The position numbers and the translations under genes were made by a program. DNA of 63,787 bases, counting the filler, from Peribolospora baueri (lineage: Eukaryota), in the NCBI GenBank assembly GCA_029717555.1. It is 3 parts of 3 records of this genome, joined end to end, with 100 filler letters (N's around TTAATTAATTAA, not from the genome) between each part and the next. Parts side by side here need not be neighbours in the genome. Positions count along the whole stretch, not along the records: positions 43,983 to 63,787 come from JAMDHS010000160.1; 2 more parts are not named here. One strand, given 5' to 3'. The notes beneath the pieces were generated by a model. That model ran no database searches. It saw nothing but the letters and a program-made list of their open reading frames with translations, and was not told the DNA's origin. This document shows positions 47,591-61,900 of the stretch, piece after piece (the first letter of the stretch is position 1; each line of letters opens with the position of its first letter).

Positions 47591-50500
47591 TCACCACTGA
47601 GGGGCAGGAGTGCGGACGGGATATCTGGGACGCACAAAGAGGCAATGGAAATTCAATGAGCTGTGCCAGTTTCTTTGTTGTCATCCACGCCTCCGATTGC
47701 GAGTCATGAGGCTATCCTATCCATCACTCACCCCTTGGTTTCCCCGTCACCCTGCTTGACCTCCACGCGAACGTCAAACTCGAGACCACCATCTCCATCA
47801 TCGTGGCTCACAATGCAGTAGTTCCGCCGACCCAGGATGTATCTTTGCTCGTGCCAAGGAAAGATGCGAAATTAATGATCGCCTCCTCAGTAGAGCCAAC
47901 GGAAGCGGGCAAATATCACTCACTTCTCTTTCAGCTTGGATCCATCCGTGTCCTCCTCGAACATGGGCAGCATGGATTCCTCAGTGTCGATGTAGTGGAG
48001 GGTCTTGTGCTTCTTAGTTGCCAGCTTGTTCACGAGGTGTATCACTGCTGTCGGGGGCGGAGTGTTGACGATGGCAGAGGTGATAACCTGTTCGAAATGG
48101 GTGACGGGCAGAAAAGGAAGCGGCAAGATAGGGGGATGAGATGAGGCCGAAAACGAAGTCTGATCATCCACCTGGCGAACCGAAACCGAAATGGACAAAG
48201 AAATATGAAAGACTGCTCACAGCTAACATATACTTGGGATCCTGGGCTGGCTTATCGTGCAATTTCGAGTCCCAAAACACGCCCGTACCGGCGCAATGGA
48301 CGTCGCCGGAAAGGAAGCTGATGCGCAAGCGGCGTTCGGTGGCGAGCTTCTGAGTCTCTTCCACCAGCCAATTGCGTTCCTTTTTCTGCGTGTACGTCCA
48401 AGAGGGCGAGAGGCTGGAGTTAGTAAAGTCATGGGCGATGCGGAGTGGGGGGGCCAAATCCACTCACATGATGCTTAGCGCACCAGTGGTCCGAGAGGTC
48501 GTCAAGGAGCTCCGCATCGCCATTGAACCTGTGTGCATTAAAAATACATTCTTTAGCAGCCCGTTTCGGGGAGTCTGAAGCAGGCATTGACAGGGGTGAG
48601 TCGTGTTGGAAGCGGGCTCACTTGTTCACAAATCCACCCAGGCCGAGGGATCCTGTTCGAGCGAGCATCGTCACAGGGTTAAACTGTCCAATCGCAGGAT
48701 CGACCGAATCAGCTCGAGGTCAAAAGTCCTTCACGTTCAGTCCGGGAAAAGAACAGAGAGAGCGCGGGCTTACCTTGGACTCCAGCACGTCCTCCAAGAA
48801 CACCATCCTCGGGTACGCGAGCGGCACGCCGAGGAGGACGACGAGGTGTTCGACGCCGTCCGGAAGACGCCGGACGCGTTCGAACACGCGCTCGTACGTC
48901 GTGGACGACGCGCATTGGTCTTTTCGTCGTTCGGCTCTGCGTGTGAGTGTACGTGCGAAGCGGTAAGCCGAGAGTGGGCAAGAGAAGACTAGCATACCAT
49001 TGTTGCTACCCACCGGCAGTCGATGGCCAGCAGCCAAACCTTCGGCCCCATATAAGTGAGCCAAGAGTGATTGCACCAAGGCGTATAAACGCCGGGGCCA
49101 CCGATGACGATGGATTGGAAGGTGTGCGGCTTGTCGTGAGCAACTCCATCGATGTCATCTACTATGAAGAGCTGGAAGAGGAGGTACCAGAAGATACCAC
49201 GGGACCCGATGCTGTGCAGGTGGACGAGTATGGATGGACGAAGGGAAGACGGTTGAAGAACACACAAAAACGGAGAAGCGAAGGACATCAGCAGGGGCAC
49301 ACGACTTAACGGAAGAAAAACTGACAGGGCTGCCCGCTCGCAGGTACGAATCCCCACGAAAGACGCACTGGTTGAAGATTGGCGACGTCATCAATTCATC
49401 GGGATAGGACCCGAACCCGTCGATGAGATCATGATCGTCGAGGATGTTCTGGCACGGGATCTGCGCTATGGCCTTTCCGAATGCGCCGCGGCCGAACCAG
49501 TTGCAGTCTTCGCAAGCGAGAGCGATGCAGAAATAAAAGGCAAGGGAGAAAAGCGGAGAGGGGGCGGAGGGAGAGAGGTAGGATACAGAGAGGTGGTTAC
49601 GAGGACGCTTCAAGTCAGTTTTATCCAATGTTCGCAAGAACACAACTCGTTCCTCGGGGGCCGAAGCTCACAATGATTGAAGTAGAACCGATCGATAGCG
49701 GTTTTGATCTCCTCCGTCAAAGGCATCTCCATGCGCTTGTGGGAGTCGTGCTCAGAAGTCCAGTGCTGCAGTTCGGGTACGCGGGTGACCTTGTCGCAGT
49801 AGAGCTGGTCGCCGCCTCCCACGAGGGCGTGGATAGGTTGTTGGGCGTGCCGGCGGAGAAGGTCGTTCCAGAGGGGGTCGGGGCCATTGAAATCTGTTTT
49901 TGTTACGGAAGGTTGAGGGGGAGAGGCGGAGGGATGAACAGGCAGAAGATATCGGATGGCGGAAAAATTGATTCAATACAGAGATCCTCGGAACCGTCTT
50001 TCCAAAACACAGACCCGAACGACGCACCCTCTTCCTTAACGCCGGCAGAGAAACCGTTACAAGAGTAGGCAGCCCATCTCAGGTTCACGCCCCTAGCGGG
50101 CACCCAAAAGACGATCTCCGAACCTCCGTTGATGCTGTAGCGAACGGGAAGCTCCCTATCTGCGAGAGGGACGAGAATAGGGAAGCGCCAGAAGGTGTAG
50201 GAACCGGAACCGGAAGGGTCGTGGTAGGTGTAAATGGGTTGGCCGTGCGCTTGGCGCGTTTCAAAGGCCGGGTGCGCGCCCGCGGGGTCGGTCGCAGTTG
50301 CGGAGGTTGTGGAGGAGGGCACGTCAGTGGAGAGAGGATGGTCGCCCATGGGCGCCGCGGTGCCGTCTAGAACTACCTTTTCCTCGATCTCCTTAGCCAG
50401 CAGATCCAGTGCTTCCGTCGTCAGCCCGTTCTCTCCTCCGGGGTGCCATCGAAAAGTAAGCACGGGCGCGGGCTCGTAAACGCTACCCGCGTCCACTGTG

Positions 50501-51253
50501 ACGATCATGGCGAAGCCTCGCCATTCGTTCTTGCCCACGTCCACCGTGTCATAGCGGAGCATGGGGCCCGCTATGAACTGGAGGTGCGGGCGCACTATCG
50601 TGCGGATGAGTTAGGGTGCGCGGGAAGGAGAGATGACACAGGGAGTCAGGCCGAAGTGAATGATCACGAGCGCTTCGCGAGCACTCTCGGAGAGAGCATG
50701 ACGGAGAGAGGAGAGCCGGACGAGGCGAAGAAAATCACCCTCGCTCAGGGTTGCACGACACAGTCGCGTTCAAGTCGATTAAAGAACACTCACTCGTGCC
50801 CAAGTCTTTCACATTCCCCTCGCCCGGCCGCGAGGGGGCAGTGCCGTGCTTGCCGTCCTGGTCCGAAGAGGGACCAGTATAGGGTTCATTGAATGGCTCG
50901 CTCGTCTCGAAACGTTGGCCGCCCGAGTGACCTCGGCGAGCGAGGAGATCCTCCTACCGATAGCGAGGCATGCCGTGGGGTGGATGGTAGATGTCAGGAA
51001 AGCGTGCGCAGATGTGTGACGAGCCGGTGCGCAAGAGATTGGGCAGGCGAGAGATGAAACGGAAAAAGATGGATGGGCGAACGAGAAAGAGGGAGCCCGG
51101 CAATGTCATTAAACGGCTCTTCTCGGTCGCCCCGCAGTGTGGCTCGGCTCATGACAGGTACTGAAGCGTACTGTACGACGTCGGACCGCTGGTCTCCGCT
51201 CGCTCACTCACCTTCTCCGCCCTCCTGCGTGCGCGGTAACCGGGCTCATCCAT
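47591..51253 (-). CDS. PhoD-like metallophosphatase (fungal type), multi-exon
   Basis: GPMLRYDT, WAAYSCNGFSAG, GGGDQLYCD, NILDDHDLIDGFGSYP, LGVPLAYPR and FLSGDVHC. Terminal exons inferred (MDEPGYRARRRAEK| and YPVRTPAPQW*). Confidence 0.85.
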
Positions 51254-51844
51254 GGCGTGGCGATATTTGTTAGGTGGGGCGACGTATGTGATCGGTTGGT
51301 GTGACCGGAGAGAAGGCGAGGGTGGGGACAATAGCAGGAAAGAGAGGGCGCCCGTTCACCTGTTCAGCTCAGCTTGTTGCTTCCTTTCCTTTTCTCCACC
51401 AGTCCATGCTCTGTCTAGGTTCTTGGCCCGCCTCCTTTCGCTCCGTGTGCGGATCTTGGCGAGCTTGGGCCCGCTCCTATGGCGGGAGTAGTCGTGGTGG
51501 GATCATGACATCAGGCGCACGTGCCCGCGGCTGCGACTGCGGCTAGCTGCGGCTGTCCCCATTGGGCACCGTCCACTCGGCCCGCTGCTATCGAATCCAC
51601 CTCTACTCGGTGGCTTCCTCTCTGCGCACTCATCCCTATTCTCCACCGGCGTACAGAGGGACTACAGTAATGGTAAGAGCTAGTTAGTGTACATAACACA
51701 AAGAAAGAACAAAACACGTCCGTCGCGCTGAAGCAAGCGAAGCTCGTGAAAACAAAGGGAGAAGAACGAAAGAAAGCAAGCATGCGAAGCGAGACAAGAG
51801 GCCAGGCGGGGCGGGCGATCGATCTTGATGCCAATTGTACCGGA

Positions 51845-54643
51845 TCAAGCCTCCTTGGCGACTTGTAAGAGTTCGTTGAGCCCGCTCTGGACGTGCAACT
51901 TGGCGCCAAGGATCTCTTGGAGGATCTTGATCACCTCCGAATTGACCTCTTCGCGCTTGCTCGTTGCCCGCTCTTGGAGTGTTTGGTGTCTGTGCGAGAA
52001 GGACGCGGACAGAAACGTGACGGCAGGGACATGATCAGCAGGATTGTGACACGAGGCCAGATGGATCTGCTCTGCTGGAGGATGTGGGCGGAGCGAGCGG
52101 AGGCGAGCAGGGCACGGCCGCAGACTTACTCCACCTCGAGCGCCTGCGCGCGGTTGGTATAATGCAAGAGCTGCATCTGTCCTGCGTTCTTGGTCGCCAG
52201 CAGCTCGCGCTCGATATTCTCCGCGCTGGCGTTCATAGAGGCTGATTCTACTGCGATTGCCTGAGAGAGACAAGGGAGAAAGGAGGCAGGCGCACGGGAT
52301 CAGGTACATGAATCTTCCTGAACACCGCTGCTCGTCGCCGCGTTGCTGCAACTCCACTCACCTCCTTCGTTTCGTCCAACTGCTCGCCCAAAGCCCTCAA
52401 CCTCGCCTCCCTAGCCTCGACCTCCTCCCTCCTCGCCTCGACTTCTTCCACGAGGTTCTGCAGTCGTTCGCTCAAGGCGATGCTCTCGTCCTCCCTCTCG
52501 ATGAACTCGGCGTTCTTCTCTTGCCGCAGACGAACAATTGCCGGCCTCAGCACGCCCTTGAGGTCAACTCCCGGCTGGAGGAGGTTGTCCGAACCGGACC
52601 AGATCTCCAGTTCGCCGGGGAGGGACCGGTCGAACTCGAAAAGCCGGACGCTGTGCGCCTTGTCGTTGAACTCTGCGAACAGCTTCTCCAGATCGCCTTT
52701 ACGTCGCTGCTCAGCAATCTCCCTGTCCCAAGCAAGCTTTCGCGCTGTCTCAACCACCGGCGCCAGTTCTGAAAGCTCCTTCGCCAGCCGTCTTTGTTCC
52801 GACATCATTCGCTCCACTTCGTCCGCCGATGTCTCCTGATGGTCCACGATGTCTTGTATCCGCGCTCGCTCAGCCGTGATCTCTCGTAATTCAGCCTCTG
52901 ATAGGGAAGAAAGCGGAAAAGCGGGCCCACACCTCAGCCATTCAGCTCTGCGCAGCGGGAGGGCCTATTGTTGGAGCCTACAAGCGACCGGAAACGTGGT
53001 GGACAAACTCACCCTTGTCTTCATACGCCTCTTTTAACCTTGCCACCGTCCTACGCGTCTTCTCTACTCTGGGCTCGACGATCTCGGTGGTGTATTGGTG
53101 GAATTTGCGGACGTCCTTCTCCAGCGCGTTCGCCTCCTCCTGTTGCTTTTGCAGCGGTGACTGGGGACAATGGATCGATTACGAGACAGGAAGCGAGAAG
53201 AGGCAAAGGTATGCCATGGAAAAAGGTTAGGAGGGAAAGCACGGGTTGTAACGTTGCTCTCATCAGAGCCGAGACACGGACGGTCGACGCACCATCACGC
53301 TCTCAAACGCTGCCAGCTCCTTGACAAGCTTTTCGTGCTCCTTCTCCAGCTCCTGGATCTCCTTATGCATCCCTTCGTTCTTTCGCGCTGTAGCCAGCCA
53401 ACGTAAGTGAGCTCGTTAGCAAATGAAAATTAGGGTCAGTTTACTCTAGTCGCTCAACGCACCAAATTGATCGTTCAGCTCAGACTGCTCCTCAGGATAC
53501 GCGTCCTCGCCCTGCCAAAAGCGAGAGTAGCACCTCCAAAGGTACGGCCAAAACAGACGCGTCCGTTTGTCTGCCGCGGCGTCGGGATCGTCCTTTGCCT
53601 GCTCCTCTCCATCCACATCCATCGAGTCTTCCGCTTCTGCGTCAGCATCTTCGTAGTTCGCCAGTCGCGGGAGAGGACCGCCGGAACCATTGGGGTTGCG
53701 GCGCTCTTCAACCTTGAGGTAGACCGAGGACGTAAACGAAGAAGAATTGGTGGTGGTTTAGCGCGCATGTCAGGACAGAGTAGCGGAAAGAAAAGACGGA
53801 GTGGGCCGACGCCGCCACTGGTACTGACTGTAGCTATTTCAACGAACCAGTTGAGCATGGCGAGCATGCTGGGCCAGTTATGTTGGCTGCCGGCGCTCTG
53901 CAGCTGTGTCTTGGAGATGTTATCTGCAAGCGGATACTTGACATCCTTCAAGATCTGCAGCGCCTCCTCCTCAAACTTCTTCCCTTCTGCGCCGAAGCGG
54001 TAGTTGGGATCGATCGCCTCGACATAGAGAAACTTGAAAAGCTGAATGAACGTCGTTTGTGTAGGCTGAGCGAGCTGCTTTGGATTGACGTTGGGCAGGC
54101 CGTGATGTCGCTCCTCCATGAAAGCCAAAATGTTTCGCTGCATCTGCGCCTGGAATTGTCGGTCCCGTACAGGTCGCGTCTCCTTCATGGCCGAGAGACC
54201 GCCTCCGCCGCCGCCCATGCTCATGTGAGAAGAAGGTGCGCCTATTTGGGATTGTCGGCCGGTGGGGAAGGTGGACTGTCGGCGGACGCTGAGTGGTGGT
54301 CGAGAGAAAAGAGAAGCAGCCATCAGTTTCGCTGTCACTGCACCGGGTTCTGTGAACATACCTCTTGCACTCACTTAGGTGTTGGAGCTAAGCTCTGCCG
54401 ACTCTGACTTTGCCGGCCGACCCCCCCGCCGAGATAGCCGACGTCTGTACCCCTCCCCTGGCTGGTACCGAGACCGGGTGCGATGGACATTCGATGAGGC
54501 GGATGTGGGTGTGCATACCCGTGCTGGGACGATGATGCTCCGAATCCTCCGCCCACTTTTTTGACGGCCGAGGACGGGACGGGGATGGAGGAGAATGGGG
54601 CATTGCCATCGATGGAGGCGAGCGTGGATCGTCGACCCGCCAT
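51845..54643 (-). CDS. NDC80: Kinetochore protein Ndc80/Hec1, multi-exon
   Basis: Basic N-terminal tail, CH domain ETRPVRDRQFQ...PTQTTFIQLFKFLY..IDPNYRF..LKDVKYP..HNWPSMLAMLNW, then long coiled-coil exons. Confidence 0.93.
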
Positions 54644-55099
54644 CTTGCGCGGTCGCTTTGGACGGCGGACGAGGTGAGGAGTAGTGGGAGCCGGACAAGC
54701 AAGAAAAAACAAACAAAGAAATTCGCTGATGAGCTACTCCAGTGAAACAAGAGAGGGGTCGGCTTCGTCAAGGGGGGCAAATGGTGGTGGTCGTACGAGG
54801 AAAGCGTCGCGATCATGTGCGCCCTTTCTGTTTACGCCCTCGTGCGTGACGAGCGGAGAAAGAGACGTGTTTCGACGCGGGCCTTGCCGCAGTAGCGCGT
54901 TGTACGAGCTTGCTGCGGCAGCAACAACCCGGGGTGCCTTGGAGCGGATGGTGTTTGGCGGAGAAAGGATCTCGACAACGACGACACCAACAATTCGACC
55001 TCACTTCAAGCTATCGCTCACGCCCCAAGATTACCACAGACGCTCTCGCCGATACCTACCCGCCAACGAAAGGTCCGAAATCGCTACGCCAAGCCAAAC

Positions 55100-58000
55100 C
55101 ATGGTTCGCATGGTATCTGCCCCTCGGCTGTCCACGCCCCGGCGGCCCTTGCACGAACGCCGCGCCCCAGACAGCGAGGGAAAGGAGTCGGACGACAAGG
55201 AAAATGCCAGCACTCTCAGTCCTGCTCTAAGAATGCAGGTAGCCGATATCAGAGACAAGCTTCGCAGGGTGTCTGGAGTGAGGCCACGTTCAATAGGCCT
55301 TGACGACCCCGCCAACCGACATACTCCAGACTGGCCCTCCGAGCACGACCTCCTTCTTCTCGAGCGTCTCTCTCGGTCGGTGAAAAAAAAGTACCAGTAC
55401 CATTCGCCTCCCCGGCACCCCCTAGCTCAGACACCCCTCCAAATGCCCACACCGCCCACTAGTCAAAGCCCGACGGGCGCGACGAGGACGACGAGCGACC
55501 CGCAGAATAGGCGCGTATCCAAGTCGCCCACTCCCACCCCTCCCTCAAGGAAGAACGTGTTTACGCAATTTGGCTCGCTCCCACATCCCACGATGAGAGA
55601 TCAATCGCGGACGAGCCCAAGGTCGCCGACCGCCTTCGCGGCCTCCTCGCCGGCTCGTAGACGGGCGAAGACGACGTCGCCTTTTAAGACTTTGGGCCCT
55701 CATCCTACTTCCAGCAGTAGAATGGTCTCCGCGAAGCGCACACGAGCCTTGTCGACCCTCTCTCCAGGTGCATCTCCAGCCCGCAAGGCGAGTCGCCGCT
55801 CCCCAAATGACTCTCTCTCCCCTGGTCCCTTCAACTTCTCCCACTCTTCGTCTGAAACCGACGACGACCTCGACTATGACGGAGAGTTCTCGCCTCCTGA
55901 GCGTGCGGACTTCCGTAAGGTGGTTCTTTTCTCCGACGAAGTTGCTGCCAGGGACGCAGCTACGGCGAGAGCAGCGGAGGAACTACAAGCCGAGAACGCG
56001 GGGCAGCGGGAGATCGACGCAGAGTCGTCGCCCGATGGACATGCCGACCTCCACCAAGCAGATGCACATGCGGATGCTGACATGGGTCGCGCCTCCGGCT
56101 CAAAATCTGGCAACTCTCCGATGGCTTCAGCCGCTGATGGGTTCGACGATCACGACGACGTTCTCGTAGAGCCCGAGCAGAAGGTCAAGGGCGACATCAA
56201 GAGCAAGGACGTGGGGGAGGAGGAGGACGACGACGACGATGACGAGCTCATCCTCCTTCACCCGCAGCGGGACCTCGACTTCGTCCGTGCCCCCTCACGA
56301 GCCTCGCCCCGCGTCGCCAGCCACGAAGAACCCCTAGCGTCTTCATCGCCGGCTTCTTCCTCGCATGTTTCAACCCATTCGCCGAACACCTCATCTGTTT
56401 CCAACCCCGCGCTGGAGCACTCACCTCACCGCTCTCAGTATACGGACCTCGAGATGATTATGCTTGACGATGAAGATGACGTCCGTGCCCCCTCACCAAC
56501 CGCGCCCCGCGTTCTCAACCACGAAGAAGCCGTGGCGTCTTCATCTACGGCTTCTTCCTCGCATGTTCCAACCCATTCGCCGAACACCTCATCTGTTTCC
56601 AACCCCGCGCTGGAGCACTCAACTTACCGCTCTCAGTATACGGATCTCGAGATGATTATGCTTGACGACGAAGATGACGTCCGTGCCCCCTCACCAGCCG
56701 CGCCCCGCGTTCCCAGCCACGAAGAACCGGTAGCGTCTTCATCTCCAGCTTCTTCCTCGCATGGTCCAATGCATTCGCCGAACACCTCATCTGTTTCCAA
56801 CCCTGCGCTGGAGCACTCAACTCGCCGCTCTCAGTATACGGATCTCGAGATGATTATGCTCGACGACGAAGATGAAGAGGATGAGGCGGAGGATGTTGAC
56901 AAGATGAGCTTTGAATTTGAGAGAGAGGGCGAAGGGGAAAGAGGTGGTGGAGAGGAGGAAGGAAGTGGTGAGTGGTGGGAAGCTGATTTGCGGGAGGGAG
57001 AAGGACAAGGAGACGTGGAAGAAGGAGAGGAGGAGAGAGAAGCTGGCGAGGGCGGCTCTGGGCCTAAATTTGAAGACTTCGAGCAGCAGGAGGAGGAGGA
57101 GGGGAAGAAGGAAGAGGAGGAGGAGGAGGAGGTGGAGGATGAGGAGAAAGAGCGAGGACCTCTCGAGGAGCAGGAGGAGGAGGAGGAGTGGGAGCGAGGA
57201 CCTCTCGAGGCGCACTCTGAGCCCAACTTTGAAGACTTCGAGGACTCCGAGCTCGAAGAGGCCGAGGCTTTCGACAGAAATACGTTCGAGCCAGGTGACA
57301 GAAGGGAATGGGAAGCCGCTGAGCCGCGGGACGTCGAGGAGCAATCGGACCAGGACAACCTCTATCCACTCTTGCCGGCACCATCGGCCCCGTCGTCAAG
57401 CATTCTCCCCTCTACCCCCCGACTTTACCCTTCTCTGTCTTCAGGCACGTTTACCTACTCTCCCAACGCCTCTCGCCCTACCACGTCGACATTACGGAAC
57501 AGCGACCGCTCAGGCTGTGCTGATTCTCCTGCATCCAATGATGTAGTTGAGAACGTTCTTTCGCCCGAACTTGCCGCCGTCAGGGTCACATCTAGGCGGA
57601 AGACCGCCAGTTGGGAGCTCGACGACGCGGAAGAGGCGGAGCGAACTATGGCGCTGGAGATAGTCCGACGGAGGGAGACCATGCTCACCCGAAATGACGG
57701 TAGCTCGAAGCACCCCGTCGTAGAGGTTGCCAGTCTGGATCCTAGGGCCGCTGCTAGGGCGGCGGCCATCTTGCAAATGGTGGGTCGTAGGCATTCCGAT
57801 GCGCCCCCGGCTATGCTCTCGAGGCTAGCTTTCCGGATCGAGCAAAGCTGTTATACAGGTTAGGATACCTTGCTGACGTCCATTATGGTATTTCTTCATG
57901 TCCTATTTCTCCAGCATCACGATTACATTGAGTCGGGTCATCTTTCTGGCGGGGAGGACTGGAGCCACCTGATAGAGCACAGCCGGTCAACGCTCGGCAG

Positions 58001-58506
58001 GCGGTGGGAGGTGCGGGATTGGAAGCGCCTTGACAGGTGCTTTGAGCGCGAACTGCAGCGTCGAGTGGACGCTGCGATCGCAAAAGGCAAGATGACGGGC
58101 ACGGTGGTCAGGCAGACGCTTGAGCGGAGTATGGCCAGTGAGGTGGATAGAGATATAGTCGTGGACGCGTTCTGTGCGATGGAGGGGCTGGACGATGACG
58201 AGCTCGACGGAGAGTGGAGAAGGTGAGTTGGGTTGATCTGTAGTTTGAGGCCTAACGATGGTTTAGCGTGCGCTCACTCCGCTCGCCCCCACCCATCGTC
58301 TGCTCGTGCGTGTTTCTGAAACGAACGCAGGGAGAAGCTCGTCCATCGAGTCGCCGCCCTTCAACGTCGTCGTCAGACCGCTCGCTCGACGAGGAACAGC
58401 GCTGGCGCTGACGTGCTTCCCGGCGCGTATCCCGGCCCACATCGAACACGGCATTATCCCTACCGTCCCTCCATATGAACAGCGTCCGGTTACACATAAC
58501 TTCTAG
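55100..58506 (+). CDS. Large disordered hypothetical protein with internal repeats and an acidic tract; 3' end uncertain
   Basis: 1059-aa ORF (likely ATG near 55100). Spliced C-terminal part VVEVASLDPRAAARAAAILQM|HHDYIE...WEVRDWKRLDRCF. Confidence 0.7.
56283..56876 (+). repeat. Coding tandem repeat, 198 bp (66 aa) x3
   Basis: Units start with GTCCGTGCCCCCTCAC at 56283, 56481 and 56679. Each encodes ...HSPNTSSVSNPALEHS..RSQYTDLEMIMLDDED. Confidence 0.95.
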
Positions 58507-58998
58507 GATTAGTGCTTAATGATCTTGGTTCACGTCCTAATGACGGATGATGCCCTGGCTTGGTGTGGCGCTAGAGGCGTATACTTGCAGTCGGCTTGGA
58601 CGTTTGAAAATGCAAACGCATCTCGAAAGTGACGCAGGTTGAGGTGGTCCACCTGTGGATGACGGCAAAGCGGGGATATGCCAGCTAACAAAGGGACACA
58701 TTGACGCTCATGGATGGCCCATCCAACATTCGATGGCATTTTGGCATACGACACGCAACAAATTTAAAACATCGCCCTTGTCCGAAAGGCAAAGGAAGGA
58801 AAGAAGGCAAGAAAGAAGAGGAAAGATAGGGACGGAAAGAAAAGCGTTCGAAGTAGAGCCTGGGGATAGGGAAGGGGGGTGGGGGGATCGAAGACGACAG
58901 ACGGCGGGAAGACGTAATTTCACGCAAACGAACGGGACCCGGACCGGCGAAGGAAGGAGAGCCGAGCGAGACCAACGGGAGCACGAATGAAGATAGGA

Positions 58999-61900
58999 TC
59001 AGAAATCGTACCCGGGCACTCGGAAGGCCTGGGCGTAGTTGAAATAGGTCTGCATAAGGCGAAGGATAGGTTGCGGCGGGGCCATAGCGACGAGGGTGTA
59101 AGAGACCTTTGCCAGACCTTCTGACCTCACCAGCTTGAAGAGTTGCGTGGCCACCGCGCTCGGGTACTGCGAACACAAACCATGTATGTAGGCATGGAAG
59201 CGAAAAATATCAGCGCACGCTGCGGACACCACGAACACCGCTGGGCCGCGCAAACTCACGGCGGCCTCCATATACCACCTATGATGGTAGGTAGTCATCC
59301 GCACAGCGGCGCTAAGCGTCCTCTGCACGTCACGCTCGTTTGCAAAGATCTCAAGGAGCTTGAGCCAAGCCTTGGCGCTGAACTTGGTCTCGAGGCACCG
59401 CTGATACGCGTCCTTGCCCTCCTCCTTGTGCTGCAGCCGACACGCGAGGTCGCCAAGTATTTCCCATTCGGTGCCTGTCTTGCGGTACGGCAGTTGCTGT
59501 TGCTTGTAATGGGCCACCTCGGCGCGCCAGATCGTGTACACTCGAAGGTCCTGTCAAGGGAGGCAAAGTCGAAAGGGACAGTGTGCGCATGGATGAGATT
59601 ACGTGCGCAAAGCAGCCAGCCGAGAACCAAACGCGGCCGAACATGGATCCGACTCTCACCTCATAGAGCACCATAAACAAGTTGTCAAGCCATCGTTCGC
59701 ACAGCCGCTTGTCGGCGAATGATAGCGGAGGCTGCTGCGGCTCGTTCGACGAAGGGGCCATACCGCTCCCGCTAGCGCCCCCGTCCTCGCCTCCCTCGCC
59801 ATCGTTTGCAGCCTGTTGCGGCCTCTCGAGGGAAGGCTGCTCCATCGGTGTCGGCGTTGCCTCCTCGTCCGTCCCCTCCTCGCCCATCGCCTCAGCAACT
59901 TGACCGTTCTGTTCCGCGTCAGCGTTGTCGACCTCAGCGTCTCCATCGAAGGCCGAGCCGTTGGCATCGAGCGTGAGCGTCTCCCGCTCGCGGTCCGATT
60001 CGGACGAGATCTTGATGGTGGGTATCGACTGTGCGGACGACGGTCGTGGTATGTCAAGCTCCTCCATGTTCAAGCGGCCGGTGCCGGGCGTGTTGGGCTG
60101 GGCCGGCGGCGACTTGGGCGTCTCCGCGCTCTCGCGCAGCGCCTTCGTCGACGCGTCGTCATCTGCGCCTTCTTGAGCCGAGTCGGCTTTGCCATCCGGG
60201 GCCTCGGTAGCGGGCACGGCGGTGGTCTCCACAGTGGCGCTTGCGCCGTTAACCCGGCCCTTGGGGTCTTCAGTGGCCTTCTGCATCCTGTACTCCTCCT
60301 CCATGACGAAGACATTTGACCGCGCCTTCAGGAGCTCGTCCCAGCCGATCTTGGAGACGAGCAACGTCAAGAGGGCATACGCTTTGGCAAAAGTGCCTCT
60401 CAGTGAAGGGGCAGGAAGACGAAGGAGAGCGATGTCGGCCTGATTTCGAAAAAATGACGGGAATACACGAGTCAAGGTCACCGTACAGACCGATTCAGTT
60501 AGGCCAACTTCGCTCACCTCGTTATCCCGTGCACTGTCCTCGTCTAGAATGCCTGATTCGGAGATGAACTGCTTAACGGGCAAGTGGGATCGTGCGGGCG
60601 TTGGCATGCGATGGAGGTCCCGCTCGTTGTACGTGAACATCGGGCAGGAGTTGAGCGTCAAAAGTGCCTGAGGAGAAGAAAGTCGGAACGGATTTAAAAG
60701 ACCCGTTAGCCGAAGTGAGCCTATCAAGAACGAGGGCTGCTGAGGGTCGCCTTGCTCACCAATTCCCAATTCCCGAGATCAATGTGTATCTCAGTCAGCT
60801 TGGCCCAAGTGACGAACTCGCTGGGGGCGCAGTTGACGGCTTGCTTGGCGAGTTTGAGCGCCCACTCGGACTTGCCCTTGGAGCGGAGGAAGTCACACTG
60901 GACGTGCAGGAGTGAGTACGACATCGGGTTCTCACGCAAGGCTTGGTTCATTATGTGGACCGCCTTGAGCTCTTCGTCTGAATTGGCGAAAAGGAGAACG
61001 ATCAGGTGTCAGAGACTACTGTATCTTCTGTGCCATGTCCAAACTAATCAGACTCACTCATGCCGAGGTATGACTTTGCGACCAGCGTAGCCACCTCTGG
61101 CTCGCGGGCGTACAGCTTTTCAAACAAGTTCACCGCCTGGTCCCACCGGTTGCTGTCGCCGAAGTACTTCAGGATGCCAGCCGTCATGTGGTTGGACACG
61201 ACCGTCGCCACTTGGATCTCAGGATCCGAGCCGAGCTGCCAACCTGTGAGCAACGGGGAAAGGTTACCAACGGAGAGTAAGTAAAGGTCAAGTTACACAG
61301 GAGACAGAGAAAAGAAAGGTGAGTGCGCACCCTTGAAGAAAAGCGCCTCCGCTGTCTGGATGAACCTTTGCTCGGCTTCGAGGGTGGTGATGGGGTCCAA
61401 TTTGCGGAAGCCGGCCAGACGGTAGTTAGCGTCGTCGGAGTAGAGGATCGCTCGGAGAAGAGCGGAGAGGTAGGCCTCCTGCCACATCTCTGGCGTCGCC
61501 TCGTGTCTGTCAGATCGAGGGTTGGGCGACGTTGAGAACCACCTGCAGTGTCGCTCGAGAGCGAGCGGACATGTTACTCACCGCTCGCCGCGAAGGTCGA
61601 CCACATAGGCGTCCACTCCTCCAGGGATTCTAACTTCCACCCTCACGTCCACTCTGGAGAAGGCGTTGAAGCAGCTGAAGACGGTGGCCATACGGGGACA
61701 AAAGAACGCTGGTGCTCAGACGCGGAACGGCGACCAAAGCTCGGAACGAGGCCAAGAACGCACCAATACGCCCCACTGCGGACCTTCCAGGTCGTCTTCC
61801 CCGAGAACCAGTTCGAATTGTCCTCGAGTTCGTACGTCAGCGAGTTAAGGTAAGCTGCGAGGGCGGCGGAGGAGGAGGCGTCCACGCCGGAGACATAGTG

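Noticed and set aside
56817..57546. Leu-, Ser- and Arg-rich alternative-frame ORFs
   Set aside because: By-products of the GAG-rich poly-Glu tract in the 1059-aa ORF.
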